A stretch of 64,000 bases of DNA from a virus (lineage: Duplodnaviria; Caudoviricetes): positions 96,001-160,000 of the IMG/VR virus record IMGVR_UViG_3300007171_000004; one strand, given 5' to 3'. Both the position numbers and the translations under genes were made by a program. Position 1 is the first letter of the stretch. Each line of letters begins with the position of its first letter. Positions 11,201 to 19,921 of the stretch are shown here, one piece after another. The notes beneath the pieces were generated by a model. The model ran no database searches. It was given only the letters and a program-made list of their open reading frames with translations, and was not told where the DNA came from.

Positions 11201-14200
11201 CAAGGAAGAATTTATAACATCCAAGTGTACAACAGAGCCTTATCCTTCTCTGAAATACAAGAAAATTACACAGCATATGCAAGTAAATTCGGAAAATCAG
11301 GTATTAAATTCTTATTAGAGAGCTCATCGTTAAGAAATTTAAATACACCTCAACCGCCATCAATTATATCTGCAGAGAATTTACCATCTCATACATTCAA
11401 TAATATCTTCTATGATAAATTTGATTATGGATTAAATCTAACATTAGGAGATACAGATTTTTATGAATTTGCATCTGATTTTGGTATTCAACAACTTGGC
11501 ATGTACAACTCTTGGCTCTATCCTATGGGCTTTAATAATGATCCAGGGGCTAAATACTCTTTCAATATTGGATTAAATTCTTTCTTAGATTTTCCAGGCG
11601 CTCCAATTACAAACACTGCAAGCTTTGAAAGAAATGGTATATATAGAGCACCAAGCAGCCCAGGAAATAAAGTAATTGCATATAACGTAAATTATGCAAG
11701 AGGAACAAACTTCTTCTACTCTGGATTCTTAAAAACTAATCTATATTATGAAACAACAGGTCTTACAGGTCTTGGTATAGGTATTCAAGGGGACGTAAAA
11801 TTAGGTTACTTTGCAGTTATTGATGTTAGAAATGGTACTGGCGAAACTGCTGCATTCCAATTAAGAAAAGACATTAATAATACAGTACCTCTAGCAACTG
11901 ACACCTCAATCACAATTCAAGCAGATAGATGGTATAGAATTAGCTTTACATGGTCTTCTGCTGGCCTTATTATTGCAAAACTTTATGATGGGGTTGGAGT
12001 ACTCCTTTCAACATTAACAGTTACAGATACATCATACACCTCTGGATATCTAGGAATTACAAGTTTCTCATTAAGCTCTTATGATAACTTGACAAATATA
12101 TTCAATCTTTCTTTTAGTCCTTCAGCAATTACAACAGCGGAAGCATTGAATAATAATAACGTTATAATCCCTGGAAATGTAAATCTTCTTTCTGGGACAA
12201 TTTCTAAGACTCTTGTAACTAACGGCTTATCTTTACATTATGATATTGGAAACAGCTCATCTTATAATGGAACTTCAACAATAACAGACCTTCAGGGAAA
12301 TTATAACGGAACAATTTCTGGAAGTCCAGTTCTTTACAATACATATGGAAAATATTTAGAGTTAAATAGTAGCAGTAATATCACTCTAAGTACTCTTCCT
12401 GCAACATTTTGGAATAATGCTTCTTGGACAGTTTCTTTCTGGGTGTGGGGGAATAATCTTTCAGCAACTTCAATTTATTTATTAATTCACGGAACGGCAG
12501 GAATTAATAACAGCTGGCTGCATTTAAGAATTAATACTACAAGAAGTATTACCTTTGGAATGTGGAATAATGATTTAAATTCTGTAAGTTTATTAGAACA
12601 TAACAGATGGCATTATATAACATTTAGATTTGATAAAACTAATCTTACTAAATCTATCTATATAGATGGTAAATTAGATGCCACTTCTTCATCAAATGCA
12701 TATATAGGTACTGGTACAAATACAATTTTATTTAGCCCTTTTAGTGGTAGGTTTGCTAAATTTGAAGCATACAATAGAGCACTTCAACCGCAAGAAATTA
12801 ACCAGAATTACATGGCTAATAAAGATAGATTTGGTAACCACTATCTTATTCCTAAATTCTATGAACAGTTTGAATCGACAAGCATTTTCACAGAGGGCGA
12901 TTTAGATCATTACATAAGATTGATTGATTATGGTCCTGGTTATGGTATTAATGCATTATTTACCCCTCCTTATATGGCTGGTTATGTTTCTGCAGCTGGA
13001 TGGACAGGTTATGGATTAGCAAGAGTACCAGGCGAGTCTTTCAAAATTGTAAACACATCTTTTAGCTATCTTTCTGATTCTAATTTCTTTTGGTCTGGTT
13101 GGCTAAAAGTACAGCCTAATTATCAAACTTCTTCTATTTCTGGATTAGGTTTTGGAATACAATCTTCTAATGTTCTTGGATATTTTGCTGTAATTGATAT
13201 AAGAAATGGTACAGGATCTTCAGCAGCGTTCCAATTAAGAAAAGACATCTATTCTGTACCATTAGTAACAGCAACAAATATTACGATAGTTCAAGATGAA
13301 TGGTATAGAATTACAATCACTTGGAATAATAGCTTAATAACTGTAAATCTTCATAATAAATTTGGAGATATCATTTCTACTTTAACAACAACAGATTATT
13401 CATATACTAGCGGAAAAGTGGGAATTGTTTCGTATTCTAATGCTTCCTTTGATAACTTTACAAACCTTACATATTTAACGATTTCTAGGGCAAAAGTAAG
13501 GCCTGATTTAATATCTGACAATCTACAATTCTACTATTCTCCATCAAATTTAGAATCATATCAAGGAACTGGGAATGCTTTGATAGATATGTCAAAAAAC
13601 TATGACATTATTAAAACAGGGCTAATTGTTCATCTTGAAGCTGGAAACAAATCTTCATATCCCGGTTCTGGTAATATTTGGTATAGTTTAGTAGGAAATG
13701 CATATGGAGAGCTGATTAACAATGTTGGTTTTGTAGATAATTATAAAGCTAGTTATTTTACATTAAATGGCACTAATCAATACATTCAATTAAACAATTT
13801 TACTTTTACTCAATCTTCTTCAGCAAATCAGTATACAATTATTATATCTGCAAAATTAAATTCAACATCATCTTCTAGAAGGCAATTAATATCTCCTGAC
13901 AATGCTGGTTTTGATTGGGGATTTGGAGCTGGAGATGGAACTAAATTCTCAATCTTTACTGGAGATAATATACAAACAGGAAGAAACCAAGACACTAATT
14001 GGCACATCTTCGCTGGACAATGGAGCTCTACTGGTACTAAACTATATATAGATGATGTAATTGATATCAATACTACTACAATTGGTTATGATTCAAGTAT
14101 TAATGTAACAAATATCGGTAGAAATCCAAGCTTTGGGGAATATTGGCATGGAACTGTATCAACTGTTTTAATTTATGATAGAATTTTAACAACACAAGAA

Positions 14201-16705
14201 TTAACTCAAATATATAACTCGCTAAGAATCACTACATTCCCAGCTTTACTTAACAACGTCACATACTCAACAGACAACTCAGGATCTTTAGTATTTGATG
14301 GAACAAATAGCTACATTGATGTTCCATATACCCAAACATCTATCACAAAATACTCAATATCTTTGTGGGTAAAAACTACACAATCTGCAACAACACTTAT
14401 CTACAACAGAGGAATTACTTCAACTTCTGGTATTTCTGCAACTCTTGGAATAGCTGGTGGGAAAGTTAAATTTGTACCTTGTGATGGAAATGGTATTATC
14501 TTCGGAATTACTGGATCAACTACAATAAATGATAACGTCTGGCATCACATTGTAGCTGTAATTGATGGAACAACTGGATTAACACCAACAGAACAAAACT
14601 TTAATTCGTTTATCAGAATTTATGTTGATAATACTCTTCAAACATTAACATACACAGGAGCCATGAATGCACCAGCTCTTCCATACACAGGCTTAGAAAA
14701 CTTACAAATTGGAAGATCTGTTGCTTGGAATGAATACTACTCAGGTCAAATTGGCACAGTGCAAATTTTCACTAAAGCCCTAACACCAACAGAAGTGAGA
14801 GGTATTTATTTAGGAGAAGAAAATCCAAATATTGGCACACATACAATTAAACCTGAACTTGTCAATATCCCAACAGGAACAATACCATCCTTAGAAAATG
14901 TTAACATACAAAATATCTATGCTAATTACAATCTAAGACATCTTTCTGTTCTAAGTTCCGAAATTGTACCAAATACAAATTCATTTACAAATATTTTCTA
15001 CGAACAATTTGAAACTGCTAGCTCATTAAACTTCGGAGATACTGTCAACTATGTAAAATCCGATACAACAGATCAGATATATGGTCTTAATACATTTAAT
15101 GAGCCACCTCCAATAAATGCTGGTGCTACAGGATTTGGAATTTACTGGTTTACAATGGGCCCTCTTTATAAACCATTCGTAAAATATACTGGAATTTCTG
15201 GTTTTGGCATGAAGAGGGTAGATAATCAAAGCGAAAATAAGGTTTTAATCTACCAAACTCAATATAGCAGATCTTCTACTTTCTTCTGGTCAGGATTTGT
15301 TAGAACGACACCAGGATATATTACAACTGGACTTTCTGGAATTGCTTTTGCTATACAACCTAATAATATCTATAATGGATACTTTGCTGTCATAGATATT
15401 AGAAATGGTATTGCAGACACAGCAGGATTCCAATTAAGAAAAGGTATCAATAATCTTACTCCTATAGCTTTTGATGCTGGAGTAAATATAACTTTAGATG
15501 CATGGTATAGAATTACAGCTGAATGGAAAACAAACGGAGATATAACTGTAAGACTATATAGCTTCGAAAATATTTTATTATCAACTCTTTCTGTAAATGA
15601 TAATACATACTCAACAGGTTATATTGGACTTACATCTTATTCTAACAGCTTATTTGATAATTTTACCAACATAAATTCTCAAACTGCATTCCCATCGACA
15701 ATTGCATCTAGAGAATTTGTCAGTTTACATAGAATTGCTCCAGGTCAAGTAGGAATAACTCAATCTGGATCTATCTTAACTGGTGAAGCAACTGGAATTC
15801 ATCGTATTAAGACTGAAGTGGTTTATCTTGTTTCTGGATCTATATCGTCTCAAGAATTTTTACCCACACAAAGAATAAATGCTGGTGCTGTTAGAATCTT
15901 ACATCAAGGTTTCACAAATGTATCAACTCTAGGCTCGCATACATTATTAGCTGGTGGAAAGAACTTATCACCAACAACAATCTTAAGTGGACAAATTCTT
16001 GGAACTCATACAATTAAGCCTGAAGCTGCAAAGATTTTACATCAAAGCTTAATTAATACAAACATCTTAGGAATACATAGACTTAATCCTGGAAATGTAA
16101 ATGTAACTGGTGTAACATCCATACCTACAAGAGAACAATTTGAAAGTTATAAGTTAATTGCTGGTGTTGCGAAAATCTTGCCAACATCATTTACAGTTGC
16201 TCATGTTTTAGGAATTCATACTGTAAGACCTGGAGTTGTTAATATTCTATCTGGAACAATTTCTTCAAGGGAATTTGTAAACAGACATAGTTTATCTTCA
16301 GTAGCTAGATTATTACCAACAAGCATTCTGACAGGACAAGCTTTAGGATTACATAGATTCGAACTTAAGAATAATATTAGTGCTGGAACAATATTATCTG
16401 CAGAAGCCTTTGGAATTCATCTATTTAGAGCAGTTCATAAGATTTTACCACCAACATTAATCAATAATTCTTATGTTGAAACTCCTAAATTTATCTTTGC
16501 ATTCCGTGATGGCATTCTTAAGGTTATGATATTACCTTTAGGAACAATAGGAATGACAACTAATGACTACGGTAATATCAATGTAAGTGTAAGAGATATT
16601 TCAGTAATTGAAGAACAAATTAGTAGTAAATATCTTTTGGAAAATGAAGTCGATAACAAATACATTATGGAAATTAAAATTTATGATAGTGAAAGGTTAC
16701 CTTAG
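8276..16705 (+). CDS. Giant multi-LamG/ConA-like adhesin or receptor-binding tail protein (~2809 aa if started at ATA 8276; the track starts it at TTG 8714)
   Basis: About seven LamG domains (LDAGN..SY.GSG, L.FDGTNDY, YNRAL...E..QNY), three copies of a GYFAVID.RNG...AAFQLRK beta-sandwich, and C-terminal ~23 aa repeats. The frame is open and LamG-like from 8261 to 8714 (SYPGTGNVWYDLSGNNANVTLVN). GAGGA sits 7 nt upstream of ATA at 8276. Confidence 0.8.
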   Translation: MADIISDGSFSIYTSTSNQTSTSLNFNGNVSLTSSSPYVQTALSYSISDSELIYSVAQSVFTKSANPFYTYTTDGLKLYVNAFSKDSYPGTGNVWYDLSGNNANVTLVNSPIKSPYSFDFSGATDYATGTVVISDSNPGDTVTVEFLMFGDLATFTVPFKFDGLNYGIYTKNGHLGFNTWSDDIYGVTSAPYENEYNHFVFIFKRNQVENCKMYINGNLQTLTNRMNPYNNSNANFNSGGFIIGNTLNTSGYNANVRVCYLRIYNKELAQAEVTQNYIWSTKIFYPFFTIPSAPEKITQDLVLDIDAGNLYSYPSSGTKVISPKPYDNPSILRSMIMPLGLSTNYIGGDIEGVLYNGVGFSTNFGGVWNFDGTNDYIEFPYNSAINNADNFTFECWFKSNNIALEQVIFNTNNYGQSPERGYHIEIYQSKMILQVFPSQQFTFSTVTLQSNVWYFLSVTYSNGSVNYYVNNVSAGTGNYTFIPSTATLLIGRYPQGFFNLNGQVSNLRFYSRVLTETERKLNYDALSPRFQVQALNNVNYLPTKEMYPDIVQTGLLLNIDPGYYKSYTGSGTTINSLVNNYTGTLNNGVGYLAKNYGQLVFDGTNDYVSIPNADLLNLGSSFTISAWVKINDISATGVYAIFNNVDINPGVVTKGYSFYWIGSGIYGINSKSIALQFGQNAWEWNVYSSAVNSINDTNFHHVVVTISNANTNNPTVNFYIDGNVSTSNWWNSSTKRAINYNDNVNAIRIGHYFIPTDPNYANTNVYANINLGNVQIYTTALSGKEIKQNYYATYWKFNTQIKSGQQLYLDAGNNNSYSGSGTSILDISGNSRNGTLVNGVAFTSNYEGGLIFDGTNDQIQLSSVILSGSQDFTISAWVESTGGVGTIFGNYPAGTLQMFYSPNYIGFWLNNNSAYANAALYYKSGPVNLTVQRSGGSNLFVYLDGLLIKTGSSNALIGTTSDFRIGATTANAELFQGRIYNIQVYNRALSFSEIQENYTAYASKFGKSGIKFLLESSSLRNLNTPQPPSIISAENLPSHTFNNIFYDKFDYGLNLTLGDTDFYEFASDFGIQQLGMYNSWLYPMGFNNDPGAKYSFNIGLNSFLDFPGAPITNTASFERNGIYRAPSSPGNKVIAYNVNYARGTNFFYSGFLKTNLYYETTGLTGLGIGIQGDVKLGYFAVIDVRNGTGETAAFQLRKDINNTVPLATDTSITIQADRWYRISFTWSSAGLIIAKLYDGVGVLLSTLTVTDTSYTSGYLGITSFSLSSYDNLTNIFNLSFSPSAITTAEALNNNNVIIPGNVNLLSGTISKTLVTNGLSLHYDIGNSSSYNGTSTITDLQGNYNGTISGSPVLYNTYGKYLELNSSSNITLSTLPATFWNNASWTVSFWVWGNNLSATSIYLLIHGTAGINNSWLHLRINTTRSITFGMWNNDLNSVSLLEHNRWHYITFRFDKTNLTKSIYIDGKLDATSSSNAYIGTGTNTILFSPFSGRFAKFEAYNRALQPQEINQNYMANKDRFGNHYLIPKFYEQFESTSIFTEGDLDHYIRLIDYGPGYGINALFTPPYMAGYVSAAGWTGYGLARVPGESFKIVNTSFSYLSDSNFFWSGWLKVQPNYQTSSISGLGFGIQSSNVLGYFAVIDIRNGTGSSAAFQLRKDIYSVPLVTATNITIVQDEWYRITITWNNSLITVNLHNKFGDIISTLTTTDYSYTSGKVGIVSYSNASFDNFTNLTYLTISRAKVRPDLISDNLQFYYSPSNLESYQGTGNALIDMSKNYDIIKTGLIVHLEAGNKSSYPGSGNIWYSLVGNAYGELINNVGFVDNYKASYFTLNGTNQYIQLNNFTFTQSSSANQYTIIISAKLNSTSSSRRQLISPDNAGFDWGFGAGDGTKFSIFTGDNIQTGRNQDTNWHIFAGQWSSTGTKLYIDDVIDINTTTIGYDSSINVTNIGRNPSFGEYWHGTVSTVLIYDRILTTQELTQIYNSLRITTFPALLNNVTYSTDNSGSLVFDGTNSYIDVPYTQTSITKYSISLWVKTTQSATTLIYNRGITSTSGISATLGIAGGKVKFVPCDGNGIIFGITGSTTINDNVWHHIVAVIDGTTGLTPTEQNFNSFIRIYVDNTLQTLTYTGAMNAPALPYTGLENLQIGRSVAWNEYYSGQIGTVQIFTKALTPTEVRGIYLGEENPNIGTHTIKPELVNIPTGTIPSLENVNIQNIYANYNLRHLSVLSSEIVPNTNSFTNIFYEQFETASSLNFGDTVNYVKSDTTDQIYGLNTFNEPPPINAGATGFGIYWFTMGPLYKPFVKYTGISGFGMKRVDNQSENKVLIYQTQYSRSSTFFWSGFVRTTPGYITTGLSGIAFAIQPNNIYNGYFAVIDIRNGIADTAGFQLRKGINNLTPIAFDAGVNITLDAWYRITAEWKTNGDITVRLYSFENILLSTLSVNDNTYSTGYIGLTSYSNSLFDNFTNINSQTAFPSTIASREFVSLHRIAPGQVGITQSGSILTGEATGIHRIKTEVVYLVSGSISSQEFLPTQRINAGAVRILHQGFTNVSTLGSHTLLAGGKNLSPTTILSGQILGTHTIKPEAAKILHQSLINTNILGIHRLNPGNVNVTGVTSIPTREQFESYKLIAGVAKILPTSFTVAHVLGIHTVRPGVVNILSGTISSREFVNRHSLSSVARLLPTSILTGQALGLHRFELKNNISAGTILSAEAFGIHLFRAVHKILPPTLINNSYVETPKFIFAFRDGILKVMILPLGTIGMTTNDYGNINVSVRDISVIEEQISSKYLLENEVDNKYIMEIKIYDSERLP
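15697..16480 (+). repeat. About 11-12 degenerate tandem protein repeats of 22-24 aa, consensus (S/T)I.S.E.(L/F)G.H.I.PG.V.I
   Basis: Read from the translation, e.g. SILTGEATGIHRIKTEVVYLVSG / TILSGQILGTHTIKPEAAKILHQ / SFTVAHVLGIHTVRPGVVNILSG / TILSAEAFGIHLFRAVHKILPP. Confidence 0.85.
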
Positions 16706-16774
16706 TGTATAAAAAAGGATAACTAAGAACTATTTGTAGAAAATTACTATTATACTTCTTGTGAGGAACAATAT

Positions 16775-17179
16775 ATGGCTAACGCTCTTTATGATACTGG
16801 TAGAAATGCATTCTTATTAGGTCAAATTAACTGGTCCAGCAATACATTCAAGGTTGTGCTTTTATCCAGTGCTTATTCAGTTAACTTAACAACACATCAA
16901 TATTTATCGGATATTACTGCTGGTGCTAGAGTTGCGACATCATCTGCTTTAACAACATCGACTCCTGGTGCTGGTGTTGCTAATGCTTCTAACATCACTC
17001 TTACTGCTGTTTCTGGTTCGCAAATCACCCAGTTCGTAATTTATAAAGATACTGGCACTGAAGGAACATCACAATTGATTGCTTATTTCGATACTGCAAC
17101 AAACTTGCCGATTCAACCAAACGGTGGCGACATCACTGTACAATGGTCAACAGATACATCGAAAATTTTCAAGCTCTAA
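16775..17179 (+). CDS. Small phage virion/tail structural protein (134 aa)
   Basis: MANALY...IN....KVVL...VIYKDTG...TSQLIAYFD...P..PNGGDITVQW...KIFKL resembles a family I recall from phage tail modules. GAGGA RBS. Confidence 0.7.
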   Translation: MANALYDTGRNAFLLGQINWSSNTFKVVLLSSAYSVNLTTHQYLSDITAGARVATSSALTTSTPGAGVANASNITLTAVSGSQITQFVIYKDTGTEGTSQLIAYFDTATNLPIQPNGGDITVQWSTDTSKIFKL

Positions 17180-17197
17180 TTTTAGGAATTAAATAAA

Positions 17198-17458
17198 ATG
17201 GATTTTTCAACATTAACTGACGAGCAACTTAATGAGCTTTGGGCAGAAAAACAATTAGCTGTAGAAGTTGCAAATGAAGAATTAAATCAAGTTGCTACAG
17301 CTGTAAAGGCAAGATTGATTGAAGCAGAGATTGTGAGAAAGATTGGTGGAATTACTCCTGAAGAATTAGAAGTTCTTAGGAATATGGCCCCAGCTGCACA
17401 AAGCATGAACACTTCATCGATCGAATCTGCGGAAAGTGTTGCCTGGAACGAGAAGTAA
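17198..17458 (+). CDS. Hypothetical acidic helical protein (86 aa)
   Basis: AGGA RBS, heptad-like helical pattern, followed by an intrinsic terminator. Confidence 0.7.
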   Translation: MDFSTLTDEQLNELWAEKQLAVEVANEELNQVATAVKARLIEAEIVRKIGGITPEELEVLRNMAPAAQSMNTSSIESAESVAWNEK

Positions 17459-17477
17459 CATTTAAATATCTATCCTT

Positions 17478-17506
17478 AAAAAGCCAGCTTAATGCTGGCT
17501 TTTTTT
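17478..17506 (+). terminator. Intrinsic terminator, probably bidirectional
   Basis: AAAAAGCCAGC-TTAAT-GCTGGCTTTTTTT: GC stem with a 7-T tail and an upstream A run. Confidence 0.9.
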
Positions 17507-17554
17507 GTAAGAATACTAGCATTCATTTAAGAATATATTTAAAGAGGTAACGCT

Positions 17555-17854
17555 ATGAATCAAAAATTATATTCGAATTCTACGATTAGGATTGAAGCTC
17601 AAGTAAAATTAAGAGATGGAACTTTGACAGATCCTACGGGTATTAGATTCTTAATTACTGATCCAGCTGATGTCACCACTACTTATGTTTATGGTACAAA
17701 TGTCCAACTCAAACACGATGTTGGAGCTACAGGCATTTATTATGTAGAATGGTTAGCTTTATTACCCGGAAAATATAGATACACTTGGGAATCGTATGGT
17801 GATATTTCAATTGCTCAAAAAGGCATGTTTGAAGTAGAAGATTCAAGGTGGTAA
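17555..17854 (+). CDS. Small Ig-like beta-sandwich phage protein (99 aa)
   Basis: All-beta pattern TDP...F.ITDP...TTYVY...TGIYYVEW...PGKYRYTW. GAGG RBS. Confidence 0.6.
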   Translation: MNQKLYSNSTIRIEAQVKLRDGTLTDPTGIRFLITDPADVTTTYVYGTNVQLKHDVGATGIYYVEWLALLPGKYRYTWESYGDISIAQKGMFEVEDSRW

Positions 17855-17858
17855 TTAG

Positions 17859-18809
17859 ATGCCTTATCCTGGTCCTATAAATAATCATGAGGGTGCAACT
17901 GGTTTATTAATAAGAAGTTTAAAAGTAAATAATTATTATCTTATGGTTGATGATTTTAGCATTAATCAAAAACAAGATATAGAAATAAATCAAAACTTCA
18001 TACAAGGTGGACCAGGGGCAGCTATTTCAAATATTGGTGCTAAAAGATTTGAAGGATCTTTAACTTGTCCATTACGAGTTGATAGAAATGGAAATTTAGA
18101 TCCTGCTGTTAAAGAATTATTAAAGCATGCTGAAAATCCCATGACAGCTTTAAGGATAGATACAAACCACGTAGCTTCTCATTATGGTTTAACTGCAGGT
18201 AGCATTCCAACAATTAACAATGAACTTTTATCTTTAGATTGTGTTTTAATAAAAAATTTAAAAATCAACTGTTCTCCTGATGATGAATATGCAAAATTGA
18301 CAGCAGATTTTGTTGGAATGATAGATGTAAGAACCAGTTTGGGATATGTTGCTCCTTCTGATGCTACATATTTAAAAAGAGCTTTATCTTGGCTTGATCT
18401 AGATGCTTACAGAGAAGAAAGTCAAATGAGATCTTTATCAGGATTCAGCATAAATATTGAAAATCAATCTGAAACACATGCTTTTCTTATGCCTATTAGT
18501 ACAACCGTTGCACAAAGAAATGATCAAGTCCAATTCATAGGTGTTAAAGGTACTAAGTGGACTGGAGAAATGAATGAAGTAATGAGAAGAGGATTAGAAT
18601 TACATCAACACATTCATGGTGGCTGGATGGTTAATGAAAATTTAACTTTTAAGCTTGGTAAATTACAAATAACCTTTCATCATCCATTATTCAATATATC
18701 TGATGTACCTTTGTCTGCTAAAATTCTTAAGAGAACTACATCTTGGACTAAAATTCAAGCTCCTAATGAACCAATGACAGCAGGAGGACTTTTTACTTTT
18801 AATGAATAA
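17859..18809 (+). CDS. Putative tail-tube-like structural protein (316 aa), paralogue of the next gene
   Basis: N-terminus aligns with 18902..19921 (FIQGGPGAAISNIG vs YVQGTPLSAILDIG). Beta-rich tube-protein-like pattern in a tail gene context. Confidence 0.55.
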   Translation: MPYPGPINNHEGATGLLIRSLKVNNYYLMVDDFSINQKQDIEINQNFIQGGPGAAISNIGAKRFEGSLTCPLRVDRNGNLDPAVKELLKHAENPMTALRIDTNHVASHYGLTAGSIPTINNELLSLDCVLIKNLKINCSPDDEYAKLTADFVGMIDVRTSLGYVAPSDATYLKRALSWLDLDAYREESQMRSLSGFSINIENQSETHAFLMPISTTVAQRNDQVQFIGVKGTKWTGEMNEVMRRGLELHQHIHGGWMVNENLTFKLGKLQITFHHPLFNISDVPLSAKILKRTTSWTKIQAPNEPMTAGGLFTFNE

Positions 18810-18901
18810 ATCTTTAATAACAAGGAAAATAAAGAATTCTTGTAATATAAAAAGTTATATCGTGTCGCAAAAACGAAATTTAAATTTATAGGTGGAACAA
18901 C

Positions 18902-19921
18902 ATGCCTCTTAATAATAACCTTTACGGTGTATATAAGACCCTCAGAATTGGTGGGACTTCGTACATCGTTGAAAATGCATCTAGAAATAGATCGATGGAA
19001 GTTAGCCCTAAGAGCTACGTCCAAGGAACTCCTCTTTCGGCTATCTTGGACATTGGTGGCGTAACAGAAGACATTTCGATCCAAGCTCCAATTCTTGTCG
19101 GTGGTGCTTCTGCTCATGACGGTAGATCGCTTGCTAATACAAAGATTACTGAAATTCTTTCTCCTTCGACAGCTACATTGCCATTGCTTCAAAATGCAAA
19201 CTTTAGAGTTTCTGAGGGTGGAGCTTCGGTTTCCATGTCTCTTATGTCTGATGGTTCGGCTGCATCTTCGCTTGCTGGTTACTTCCAGTTAGTCAATAGC
19301 CCAATTCCTGCTTTGAGCCCAGTTTCTGCTGGTGGTCCTACAAGAGTTGCAAGATTCTACGACTTCCGTGTAAACATCGGTGGTAGAACATTCTTCGTTA
19401 TTGAAGCGAACATTGAAGTCAAGTCCCAAGTTGACAAGAAGTACTTCCTCGTTCCTAATGCTACATCGACCAACATTATGGATGAAACCGGACAAGGTGA
19501 GCTTGTTACCATTCCTAATACAGGTGGTACACAATACTCCTTCGGTAACCAATTCCCATTTATTGGTATCACTGGTGTAGAAATCTCCGGTGGTGGTAAG
19601 GCTGCTGTTCTTTTACAAGACCTTAACTCTGACGGTGACTTCACTGACTATACCGCAGGTACAACTGATGAATCTATCAACCTTACCTACGGTATCAACG
19701 AGCCATCTTCTGGAGACCTTACACTTCAAATCCCTGGTGGAGCTGTTTATGAATCAGTTGCGTTCTCCTTTGAGATCTACAACCCATCAACTGATGCATG
19801 GGTCAGCCTTCTCCCATCACTCAACCTTACAAGATCGGTTATCAACAAGTCTAACTTCGAGATTACCAACGGTCTTCTTACTGTAGACTTCGGATTCACC
19901 TGCTGGGTTACCACAGCTTAG
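18902..19921 (+). CDS. Putative major tail tube or other major structural protein (339 aa), probably highly expressed
   Basis: Marked C-ending codon use (AAC, TTC, ATC, TAC) and visibly higher GC than neighbours. Many stop-free shadow frames. AGGTGG RBS. Paralogous to the upstream gene. Confidence 0.6.
   Translation: MPLNNNLYGVYKTLRIGGTSYIVENASRNRSMEVSPKSYVQGTPLSAILDIGGVTEDISIQAPILVGGASAHDGRSLANTKITEILSPSTATLPLLQNANFRVSEGGASVSMSLMSDGSAASSLAGYFQLVNSPIPALSPVSAGGPTRVARFYDFRVNIGGRTFFVIEANIEVKSQVDKKYFLVPNATSTNIMDETGQGELVTIPNTGGTQYSFGNQFPFIGITGVEISGGGKAAVLLQDLNSDGDFTDYTAGTTDESINLTYGINEPSSGDLTLQIPGGAVYESVAFSFEIYNPSTDAWVSLLPSLNLTRSVINKSNFEITNGLLTVDFGFTCWVTTA

Noticed and set aside
1-16705. Diversity-generating retroelement acting on the fibre genes
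   Set aside because: No reverse transcriptase in the window and no near-identical repeat pair differing only at adenines was seen.
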